A stretch of DNA of 63,672 nt, counting the filler, from Octopus bimaculoides (lineage: Eukaryota): the NCBI RefSeq assembly GCF_001194135.2. It is 6 parts of 6 records of this genome, joined end to end, with 100 filler letters (N's around TTAATTAATTAA, not from the genome) between each part and the next. Parts side by side here need not be neighbours in the genome. Positions count along the whole stretch, not along the records: positions 47,210 to 57,315 come from NC_068981.1; positions 57,416 to 61,487 come from NC_068989.1; positions 61,588 to 63,672 come from NC_069005.1; 3 more parts are not named here. The stretch is one strand, 5' to 3'. Positions 53,179 to 63,672 of the stretch are shown here, piece after piece. The position numbers were made by a program, and so were the translations under genes. Every line of letters starts with the position of its first letter. Position 1 is the first letter of the stretch. The notes below the pieces were generated by a model. That model saw nothing but the letters and a program-made list of their open reading frames with translations. It had not been told where the DNA came from and did not search any database.

Positions 53179-53383
53179 TATGTGTACCTATACATGTGTA
53201 CATACATACATACATACATACATATGAATGTATGTGCGTGTGTGTGTGTGCAACAAATACAAATTTTTCATTAGATATGACGGTTTTAATGATCTCAAAG
53301 CAGAATGAGGAAAGCGAATGAGAAGATTGTCAAAACTATCTAAATACACAGATGTAGTATAATATATTTATATTTATTAAGTA

Positions 53384-55050
53384 CTAGCAATACACCCCGG
53401 CGTTGCCCGGGTATTATGACCTACAGACACATCGTATTATTTGTTGCTTTCTTATGGGTCACCTGATATATCGTGCCCTTCGTCCCTTAATGGACTGACA
53501 AGATTTCGAAGGCTAAGCATTAATACAAGTATTATTCTGCCAGTGAGATTGTCGGAAGACAAGAGAATGAAACAAAAAAAAATCATGTATGCATATTTGA
53601 AGCCAAAGGTGCAGAAAAATTCGAATGCCCTTAAATAGAATTATTCACGCCCAAATGGGTAACGAAAACCATTAGAAGGAAAAACAAAACAAAACAAAAA
53701 AACCAATGTGCGATATATACATAATGGTGGGTAAGAAAAGGCAAAGAAATAACACCGTGGAAAGAATGCATAGAAATTGAACACAGGCCTAGAATGAGGG
53801 ATCATGCAGAAAGGCATCTGCAGAAAATTGAACAATGCTCGTAGGTTTTAAGACATACCTCCATAATTGATAATGAAATTGCGGGGCGAAAGTGCTGTCA
53901 ACATGACTAAAGCATGCAGGTAAATGTGTAAGAACGATGACATACTCAGGATAGAGAAAAAGTACTTGTGAATGCGAATAAAGCCTAAATTTTAAAATGC
54001 TAACTGGCAATACAGCTACAAGGCAAATAATTAAGATAGAAAACACAGAAGCAAAAACGTGGAACTGAAAATGAAGGCAAATTAAACGAATTGTCCCTAT
54101 TCAGAGAGTTCAAGAATGCAAAATAGCGCTGAGATGCTAAGCACATCCAAAAAGAGAAAAAGAAAAACATGTAGTGTCTTTTTTAGAAATGGAAATTTTA
54201 TGAGAAACTAAGAAAGATGCTGGATGCGCCGTGCCAGTTAAACTTACTTTATGTGCAACTTGGGCGGAGCGAGGTTGAATAGAGGAGAGAAGAAAGGTTT
54301 CTGGAAGCGAAGGCGCAGGAAGCTTGATTTGTGTATGTTTCGTCAAATTAAACTGGAAAGCGAGTTCAGTGCAACGGACAGGTAATGCAGTGTAGAGTGA
54401 AATATTACTAGGTACAGCATCCGGTGTGGACATCAGTACATCACCCGGTATTGGTATTTGAAACTTAGTGGACAAAGTCATGGAAGCATATCGCCAAAGG
54501 CACAAATCCTAGGATGCATGCATGTAATTGAATGTATGTGCGCTGTTTACACCAAAAAGTGAAGTGCAGCAAAACTTAAATAACCCGAGAAAACTGCAAG
54601 CGTTCATGCGATAGCTTGAAGCGAAAACCGTTGCAAGAGAACCGTGTGTCGTGTGAATGCATGGTGGGCGATGTTTAATCGGCCACAAAGAGTGAAACAT
54701 CGTGAAAAGATGAATGCACGTGAAAGAGTCGTTTGCAAGTGGGTTTGCAGGGAATGAATGCGGCGTAAACTTTGAACACAACTGTGTTTCAACGTTATAA
54801 GCATGCTATCATGAGAACAAATTGAAAGGCAACAATCTAGATCGACGATGCTGAGAGGAAAGAAAATAGGAACATGCAAAGGAAGAGTTGTTGAAAGTCA
54901 ATAAAGTGGGTGTGCGAGTGGAACCAGGCGAAAAGTGCTGGCGCTGTAGTTTTAGACACAAAATACGGATTGCGTGTGCATCATTGCGGGCTTCTAAAGT
55001 TCTTGTATTCATGTGTGCGAAAAGTTGTTCGGTTGAATTTCGTTAATATG
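53384..55050 (-). mobile_element. Helitron-like element (3' end defined, 5' end uncertain)
   Basis: Minus-strand hairpin CCCGGGCAACGCCGGG (53396-53411) about 8 nt before CTAG (53384-53387) followed by T: canonical Helitron 3' end. The upstream extent is only a guess from composition. Confidence 0.6.
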
Positions 55051-55287
55051 TGAAGCGTGTTGGGGTCAGAGCTATCACTGGCTGCAAGCCGGGCCGCGAA
55101 GCCCGACTGTCGGGTGTAAGTTGCCATTTCTAGGGTCTGGTCACCATTTCATAGTTGGCGGTTGAACGTTGTTGAAATAACCAGTTGTATTGGTATTGGC
55201 GTCGGAGTTAGCTTTTTCTCCAGTGGACTTATGAGTGGTCTGCTTAGGACGAACCATGATAAACTGTAAATCTGCAATATTTATGTT

Positions 55288-55621
55288 TGTCGGGATCATC
55301 TGTGTAGAGATGACCTTGCTGTTTCATCTTCGCCACCGGGATTCACCAGTGTAGAAACTGCTTGTTTTCTTCTCGGATATAATGGTGTGAATGGCCTGAC
55401 AGAGTCCCCATTGTGCAGTGTTGGTTTGCTACTATGAACTGTTGAATTGGTTGGTTGGCTGTTGATGTCAAGGGTCACCAGTGTGGACTTATACCAGTTT
55501 GTGTGGGTAGCTGAAAGTCGGGTCACCAGTGTGGAACTTTTTAGATGGAAGCTGTATTGCTTGGTCTTGGCGCGTGCTGCTTCCAAATAAAACTAAGCAC
55601 GATGTTTAGATTTTATTAACA
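55288..55621 (+). mobile_element. Possible solo LTR
   Basis: TGT...ACA termini, TGTT on both flanks (55284-55287, 55622-55625), AATAAA at about 55586, three CACCAGTGT subrepeats. Confidence 0.4.
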
Positions 55622-56691
55622 TGTTTCTTTACTGATTGATGTTACTATTGTTAATTTACTTACGCTGTTATGGTGAATACCAGAAGCTAGAGAATGTAAG
55701 CTTGGTGAGAGTTGAAAGCGAATACTTGGCAAGAGGTAACATTTTAACACGGGATCAGAGCGTCATGTTTGCCAGTTAATCAAGAAAACCACTGTGGTTG
55801 TATATTCCGTGCATTTCAATATATAACCATGCATTGGCGTGAAGCTACATGGAATTTTCCATTAATCTTACCACCTCACAAATGCACCAGGAAAAACTGT
55901 TAGCTAAAATATGGGTTAAGATCACCTGATATGTCATAGCAAGTTCATCGTAGTAGAATTATAAGTCCCCGTGCAAATCAATCCACTGGTCCATATATAT
56001 TTATTGACAGTAATCCACAGTATACATAGATCAGAAGTGGGCTCCTAGACCTGTGAGATACCTTGGTAACTATCCATTGTGCCCATGTCTTAAGACGGCT
56101 CCGCGTCGTTGACTTCGTCCGTTACTGGGCTCGAATCCAGCTACAAGGGAAAAGAAAATTTCTATAAACCTTGGTTAGGCAGACATTTTGGAAAGCAGCT
56201 TGGAAGCACTACTTTCACTGTACGATCTAAAACCACACTAAGCTGAAATGGGGTATTTTGGGCATTTTTCATCTTTAGTCTCTTTTACTTCTAGCTTTCT
56301 TCTCATTTCTCTTCCCAAATTTTTCTTTGAACACCTATCTAAGCATTTCCTACTGCTATTATGGACTTTCCACCATTGGGGATGTTTTAACCTGATTTAA
56401 TTCCACACAACATAGTAAAGAAGAAAGATGAAGTAAATTTCCGGATAACGAAAACATACATTATTAGAAAATCGAAACCTACAACAAATGCCAGGGTGAG
56501 CTTGAAATATTGTGACTTATATACTGCTTTTCTGGCGATTGAAATAGCTTGAGGACTCAGCTGCCCTAACACAAGGTCTGAATATCACTCACAATTGAAC
56601 AATAGAGCTAATTAAGATTATTTTATTTCAACGAACATGCTATGAATCAATTTATCCATCCATTCATAGTGGACGTACCACACACACAAAT

Positions 56692-56726
<35 letters not shown>

Positions 56727-57281
56727 TGGGATTGGGAGACAAAAAATAATCCCTGTAGCAGAGACACTAGATACATTTCAGCCACTAATGGGATGATTTA
56801 TATTCTTATTCTTGTATATATGTTTTTAAATACAAAACTTCCATAAGAGATTTCATCTCAAACAAAAACTGCAGCAACTTACCTGTTAAATTGAACACTG
56901 CTTCATTTACATACACCCGAAAATTTATTCAGCCCAGTGGCTATTTGCAATACCAGTGATTGTATTATTTGCTGTTTGCTGTATCAGAGGTGACAAATCC
57001 TGTCTAGAAATGTGACTGACTGTAAGTACACATCATTAACAAAGCTTTAAAAGGCTGAAATGCATCAGACATTCTTACTAATCTCTGCCAAGATGAATTT
57101 TCATCTGCTTCCAATATATGTTGTGCTTTTAAACACACACATAAGAGATTAGATCTTGGCTGAAAACTGCAGTAAATGTGACTTGTCTGTTGATGTTTGT
57201 ACATTAAGTATGATACATGCCTGTCTATTTTAAATGAATACCGTGCTTCGAATGCTTACTCTGGATATATATATATATGTA

Positions 57282-57315
<34 letters not shown>

Positions 57316-57595
57316 NNNNNNNNNNNNNNNNNNNNNNNNNNNNNNNNNNNNNNNNNNNNTTAATTAATTAANNNNNNNNNNNNNNNNNNNNNNNNNNNNN
57401 NNNNNNNNNNNNNNNATATATGCTATTGCAGATTGCAATCTGCTGTAGAGTCGAAGATTCTGGTAGTCATAATATGTCTGAAAGGAAGTTCTAACGAGAA
57501 CTAGGGATCGTCCATTCTCAGTGGTTCACATCCTAGTTAACCCATGGTTGGGACCCTAACGGGTCAGAGCAGACCTGGTCACAACAGTGGCTATG

Positions 57596-57808
57596 AGGTG
57601 GCGGAATCGTTAGCGTAGAGAATAAAATACTTAGCGACATTTCTTCCGGTTCCTTACGATCTGAGTTCAAATCCTACCGAGATCAACGTTGCATTTCATC
57701 TTTTCGAGGTCGATCAAATAAGTATCATCTGTTAAGAATTGGGGTCGATTCAATCGACTAACCCGCCTCTCGCTAAATTAACTGTGGTCTTGTGCCAAAA
57801 TTTGGACT
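57596..57808 (+). mobile_element. SINE family E, CpG-intact
   Basis: GGCGGAATCGTTAGCG...CTGAGTTCAAATCC..CCGAG.TCAAC.TTGC.TTTCATC.TTTCG.GGTCGAT...GGGGTCGAT. Confidence 0.85.
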
Positions 57809-59213
57809 CATTTTGCATCTGAAAGTGCAAAATGAAAAGCGTTGGAAAAAAATGAACGAAATGAGCGACATGCAATATGAAAAATACGTCAGTTGACAGA
57901 ACATTCTGACGATCATTACAGTCAGATGATGATGCTGTAAGGTTTTATCAGGTAGAATAGGAACAAACTATTATTAGCAGAATAGAAGACTTGCAGAGGA
58001 AACAAGCACTTTAACGATATTTGTGAACAGAGAAACAATTGAACTAATTTTGATTGTGTGTATTGGCAAACCGAGGGTGGAAACGAATGCCGACACGTTA
58101 ATAGTGAGTTGTCAACTATTTGATTGTCTAACAATTAAATGAATCCTCAGAACTGGCAAACGCTTAGTCTCGTACGTTAATAAACCTAGACGCAAACAAC
58201 ACACAAGAAATTTGTTAGGCTATTCGGAAAGCAACGGAAGCCCATTCAATTTTTCCGGCAAGGGTTATGGTTCAAGGAAAGGGTTTAATGATTAGAAAAA
58301 TGCAAGCAATCCATTTGGTTAACATGAAGGAAGTTTCTCACATTGAGAAACTTTCATTTCATTGTTGATGCACAAAAGCAAAGGTGAAAGTGTTGATTCT
58401 CCACTTTTGAAAGGAAAGGAAACCGATCAAATATCACAAAATTCTGGAGCGAAGAATTCAGGACGAAAAGTTTTTACTAGAATCAGATCTTTATTTAAAG
58501 ACTTTTTTTTGTGATGAAGCGGTTGACTCTCGTCACAATGGAAATTACTGGAGTTGTTAGAATCACTGACCAAGTTTAATCTTGTTCCAGATAAGCAGAG
58601 AATTACTCCTGCAAACAAATACTGGAACCTTATATAATTTCTATCAAACATACGATAAATTATTCTATCTCAACATGAAGAATTCGTTCATCTAATAGGA
58701 CCCATCATATTGTTGAATCCAGTAAGCAAAAGCGAGCGTTATTCTCTTTCATTGGACGGAGCGACGAATCTGTTTAGATTATGCATATTATCTCCCTTTA
58801 TATTCCGTAACTGGAATAGTAGTGAGGTCGGGTCAATCGCCTACAAAAATAGAGAAAACGCACTTGAAAGAAGGAGCCCTGCAGAGCTGCCAGTCCAGCG
58901 ACTGAAATCAGAAAAATAATAAAAGACTATGTTGTTTTTAGACTTTCATGGGTTATATACAATATTTCTGACAAAATTTCGTAGGCATGAAAAGTATACA
59001 CCCACAAAGAGCCTTCATCAGTAGGTCGATGTTAGGCAATAAAGCTTTTCTTACATAAATCTGAATTAGAATCCATAGACAGGACTCGACGAGTATTTGT
59101 AAAGGTCGAAAAGTCGTAAACGTCAAATATTATCTCTTTAAATGTTAAACTCAGATCAAGTGTGTTCTACGATCCAAAATTTAGCATTAAATCAAAAGTC
59201 AGGTAGGGTTATG

Positions 59214-59258
<45 letters not shown>

Positions 59259-59374
59259 GTAATAAATAGTCCTCAAACATAGATATAGATGATATCTGAA
59301 GCTTCCAACTTTTTGACCTTTACGGTTCACATGGAATCTTGTTTGTGAATAATATCAAGTTATATAATTGTTAC

Positions 59375-59545
59375 TTAATACAGGCACAAGGCCTCAAAAT
59401 TTGAGAAAGGGATGGCGTAGTCGATACTACCGAGCTTAGAAGAATAATAGGTAAAGTTGACCTCGGTTGTATTTGAACTCAGAACATGAAGTGCTGGGAG
59501 AAATACCTTAAGGGGAAATAATGCCGCCAATTCACTCCCTTTACC
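59375..59545 (-). mobile_element. SINE family E, partial
   Basis: GGCACAAGGCC...GTCGAT...GGTAAAGTTGACCTCGG...TTTGAACTCAGAAC. Confidence 0.75.
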
Positions 59546-59834
59546 AAACTCTCAGATTGAGTAAAAAGTAAGCAATGTTTTGGAACATGAAGAATATGTA
59601 CCGGATTTTTACAGTGTTTCGAATTTTTGTTTGAAAGTGCGTTCAAAGAGTTCATCAGCACCAGAACTCCAGATTTTTATGTTACCGGAATAAATAAACT
59701 TGTAGCTTGTTGGTAAAAATACGTTGATTGTAATGGTGCTTAAGTTTGATGAATAAAATTTCCGTATTGTTGAAATGTTTTGAGATGAATTTCATATCTC
59801 AAAACGTTGCTTACTTTTTACTCAGTTTGTATAT

Positions 59835-60018
59835 AATTCTTTTTAATTTTGGCATAAAACCAACAATTTTGAGGGAAGGAGGGAATCGATTGCATCGACC
59901 TCAGTGTTTAACTGGTACTTATGCCATCGACCGAGATAGGATGAAAGAAAATTCAACCTTGGCGGCATGTGGACTGAGAACGTAAAGAGCCTGAAGAAAT
60001 GACGCTGAGCATTTTATT
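59835..60018 (-). mobile_element. SINE family E
   Basis: TTTTGGCATAAAACCAACAATTTTGAGGG...ATCGACC.CAGTG..TAACTGGTACTTAT..CATCGACC. Confidence 0.8.
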
Positions 60019-60039
60019 GGGGAGGAACGGGGGTCTTCT

Positions 60040-60117
60040 TTCCTGCTGATGAAGGCACGGTGTGAGTGTAAAACTTTTATAAACGTTTTACCAGAAACAC
60101 AGTACTGAGTCCAAGAA
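60040..60117 (+). ncRNA. Hammerhead-ribozyme-like motif with a long stem II
   Basis: UUCCUG-CUGAUGA-A...GUAAAAC/GUUUUAC...GAAA-C-A-CAGUACUG-A-GUC-CAAGAA: GUC triplet, stem I 5 of 6 pairs, palindromic stem III. Confidence 0.5.
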
Positions 60118-60196
60118 TGTGCATAGATAAGGTTTAAATAAATATGTTCTGTTGTGTTTTTGTGTCTTGCCTTTTACATTATTTACTATACGATTA

Positions 60197-60655
60197 AGGC
60201 GGCGAACTGGCAGAATCGTTAACTCGTCAGGCGAGAAATGATTAGCGGTATTTCATCTGCCTTGACCATCTGAGTCGATGTCAACTTTGCTTTTCATCCT
60301 TTCGGGGACGATAAATTGAGTACCAGTGAAACACTGGGGGTTCAATGTAACCGACTATCTCCCCTCCCCTCAAATTTCAGGCCTTGTGTCTATAGCAAAA
60401 AGGATTATTTACTATACGATTATTATTATTATTATTATGAAGGCAGCAAGCTAGCAGAATCGCTAGCATTTTGGAGGATATACTTAGCGGTATTTCGCTC
60501 GTTACTACATTCTGAGTTGAAATTCCGCCGAGGTCGACTTTGCCTTACATCCCTTTGGGATCGATAAAATAAGTTCCAGTTGAGTACTGGAGATCGATGT
60601 AATCGACTTAACCCCCACCTCCCCTGAAATTTCTGGCATTCTGCCAAGATTTGAA
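60197..60655 (+). mobile_element. Two tandem SINE family E copies separated by (ATT)n
   Basis: 60197-60408 and 60440-60655 both begin AAGGC.GC.A.CT.GCAGAATCG and end in GGATTATT- or GATTTGAAAC-like tails. Confidence 0.88.
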
Positions 60656-60709
60656 ACAACTGTTTAGATTTTCTGGAAGTTTCATTTTAACTTTGGAAGA
60701 AAACGCCTG

Positions 60710-60910
60710 CGTGTGTATCTGTGTGTGTCTGTGTATATGTGTGTGTCTGTGTGTATCTGTGTGTGTCTGTGTGTATCTGTGTGTGTCTGTGTGTATCAGT
60801 GTGTGTCTGTGTGTGTCTGTGTGTATCTGTGTGTATCTGTGTGTGTCTGTGTGTATCTGTGTGTGTCTGTGTATCAGTGTCTGTGTATGTATGTGTGTAT
60901 GTATGTATGA
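60710..60910. repeat. 10-12-bp minisatellite (GTGTGTCTGT / GTGTATCTGTGT)
   Basis: Direct reading. Confidence 0.9.
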
Positions 60911-61236
60911 GCTGATATATTAAGAATTTTGAAAACATTTGAGAGAACGTGAAATAATTCGTTTTTAGAATAATGTTTCTCGAACCACATCGCATACAGC
61001 TAAGAATAGCATGTAAGTAATGGTTTTTTGGGGTTTTTTCGGTAGAAAATGTCTCATGCCCAGCTTTCGACTTTTTCAATTCAAAAAGGTTTCTCAAGCC
61101 ATAATTCACTTGCTATTCTTTTTAGCTGTATGCGATGTGCTTCGAGAATCATTATTCCAACAGAAGATATGTGTGTGCGTGTGTGTGTACGCGTGTGTGT
61201 GTGTACGCGTGTGTGTGTACGCGTGTGTGTGTACGC

Positions 61237-61268
<32 letters not shown>

Positions 61269-61269
61269 G

Positions 61270-61487
61270 GGAGAATATACAAAAAATAACAACAGACGAG
61301 GACAGGTGGTGTAAATAACAAAAGTATATATTAGTATGACGCTCGGGAATACGGAAAGTCTTTGACGTTTCGAGCTACGCTCTTCAACAGAAAGAATACG
61401 GAGACAAGGAGAAAAACACGGAGAAAAAAAATTGAATAGTGTTCAGTCAACGGTCAATCATAATAATGGCCGATCATAACAATGACT
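61270..61487 (-). mobile_element. Penelope-like element 3' end, cut by a gap
   Basis: Homologous to 19440-19630; carries the hammerhead-like motif and a T-rich tail. Confidence 0.65.
61359..61395 (-). ncRNA. Hammerhead-like motif with variant core CUGUUGA
   Basis: UCUUU-CUGUUGA-A-GAGC(GUA)GCUC-GAAA-C-GUC-AAAGA: perfect stems I and II, GUC triplet, loopless stem III, U at position 6. Confidence 0.65.
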
Positions 61488-61587
61488 NNNNNNNNNNNNN
61501 NNNNNNNNNNNNNNNNNNNNNNNNNNNNNNNTTAATTAATTAANNNNNNNNNNNNNNNNNNNNNNNNNNNNNNNNNNNNNNNNNNNN

Positions 61588-61638
<51 letters not shown>

Positions 61639-62679
61639 TACATATATATAACCAAGAGTTGATTGTATTGAACTCAAGTGTGGCACAATATTTCTAACAA
61701 CATCCTGAGAGGATGAAAGGCAAAATTGACCTCAACAGAAATTGAACTGAAGAGGCATAGAAGACTACAAAAGCAGCAATTATGTCCTCCCATTCCACTC
61801 CTTTGTGATACTAATTCTAACAATCTATTGTCCTTATAAATCTGAGTAATGAAAGACAAGTGGAGAAGATATGAGAAAAGACTGAATCTTTTTTTTTAAT
61901 ATATAGTTTCTTCTCTGGCCAGATGAACTAACAGATACTAATGTGTATTTACTAAGTCTCATTGAAAAAAAACCTCACCAGAAATGATGAGATTGGCAGA
62001 GTAAGAGAATACTATTTGAAAGCTATGAAAACTTACACTCAATTTACTAATTGATGCCAAATTTTTCTGTTGGTCTTCGTTATGAGGATTCAGTTGTTGA
62101 ACTAACTGAATTCCTAGTCATGAAATTAACAGGCAAGTGGTTGAATATTCCAGTCATATGTATCCTTACAATAATGTTTAGGGGTTGTATAAGTGTGATG
62201 CCATGTGATGAAGCTGGACCATATTACATGCATAATTCAGAGAGAGAGAGACGAAAAGATGAAAGCTGACCAGAGTGACTCTAAAAACTCTGTCAATTTA
62301 CTGCCTTATTAATTGAAATAGTTTCTTGGAGAAGACTTATGAGTGGGCTGCAATTAATTTTGGGAAATAATGAAGAATATGGAAGGATTGAGTAAAATAT
62401 AATTAGTTTGTAACTGACCTGAGATTTAGAACATATGAGACCAATACACACACACACATACATAAAATACATGTACATATACATGTATATCATATAATAC
62501 TAAACAGATTTTCTTACATGAAATGATACAATGGGAAAATGATTTTCAACTCAAGAAGCTTCAGCTTGTAATAAAACAGAATTAATAATAATAATAATAA
62601 TTTAATCAAATACAAATGTAAGGATATACTAGCAAACTGACTGTGGGAATATAAATACTAATTTAAAAAACAGACATTA

Positions 62680-62713
<34 letters not shown>

Positions 62714-62789
62714 CATCATCATTATCTATAATTCTACATTTATTTTGAATGTATATCTTAACACATCATCACCATCGTTGTTATTGTTA

Positions 62790-62955
62790 AGGCAGTGAAC
62801 AGGCAGAATGGTTACTATGGCTGATAAAATGCTTAGCAACAGGACTTCTGATTCAATATGTTCTGAGTACAAATCATGCTGAGCCTGAGTTTCCCTCTCA
62901 CACTTTCAGGGCCAATAAAATAAATGCCAGATGAACACAAGGGTTGACATAATTA
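62790..62955 (+). mobile_element. SINE family E, strongly CpG-decayed
   Basis: AAGGCAGTGAACAGGCAGAATGGTTA...TTCTGAGTACAAATCATGCTGAG...CACTTTCAGGGCCAATAAAATAAATGCCAG. Confidence 0.7.
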
Positions 62956-63030
62956 ACTTTCCCTTTCCTGCCCCCCCCCCCGTCAACAAAAAGAAAAATA
63001 TAATGTTTGTCTTGTGCCAAAGTTAAAAGG

Positions 63031-63062
<32 letters not shown>

Positions 63063-63364
63063 CCACCATCATTATTATTATAACTCTGCATTGCTGTGCC
63101 TCGAGCACTCTGTTTCTGTAATAAAGATATATCAAGAGACATACACAAATGAAGAAATATCAGTGTGTGTGTGTGTGTGTGATTAACCTTGATATTGCCC
63201 AGAAGGATCGTATGTAGCAGGGGAAACTAAGTAGCAATGGAGAAAGAGAGAGGCTCACCGAATGACTCCAAATAAATGCAAACTCTACAAAATTGTATTG
63301 AGTACTCCTTTTGTTTACAACTACATGTGTGTATGTACGTGTATGCACACAGACACACACAGAC

Positions 63365-63399
<35 letters not shown>

Positions 63400-63672
63400 T
63401 CATGTTGTATGAAACCAAAGAGTCCTTATAAGAAATTTCAGAGAGATTTGAGGGTATTCTTGATTACATCAAGATTTACTGATTTATAACAAAACAAAAA
63501 TCTGCAAATGTAAGAGTGAAGCAGTTTAATTTGTCGGTCAGACTGGTGGTAGTGATTACACACACACACACACATATATATATTAGAGAGAGAGAGAGAG
63601 TTGTGGTATTAAGTGGATGTTATCTGAGGGTGGAAAAGAAACGCTTCAAAATACAAAAAAAAAAAAAAAAAA

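Noticed and set aside
58200-58920. Non-repetitive stretch with short ORFs
   Set aside because: No recognisable motif or paired splice sites; cannot be called from sequence alone.

Overview
AT-rich, microsatellite-dense animal genomic DNA with many assembly gaps. The SINE repertoire and (AT)n/(GT)n/(GATA)n load look cephalopod (Octopus-like); this is inferred, not verified. The only well-supported host coding sequence is a 96-nt minus-strand exon (5439-5534) encoding the start of the DH domain of an FGD-family RhoGEF, so most of the window is probably intron or upstream sequence of that gene, with three weak candidates for alternative 5' exons. The rest is a transposon graveyard: several tRNA-derived SINE families, Tc1 (DD34E), maT (DD37D) and mariner remnants, a stack of R4/Dong-like non-LTR 3' ends, Penelope-like (PLE) RT and GIY-YIG remnants, a Helitron 3' end, a possible solo LTR and two foldback elements, one carrying telomeric repeats and a 9-bp TSD. 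Most notable: several minimal type-I hammerhead-ribozyme-like motifs, one inside a tRNA-headed SINE and one core variant (CUGUUGA) seen in two copies, plus a sharp CpG-rich block at about 36-61.5 kb. Repeat boundaries were read by eye and are approximate unless TIRs or TSDs are cited. Nearly all ORFs in the supplied track are microsatellite or N-gap artefacts.
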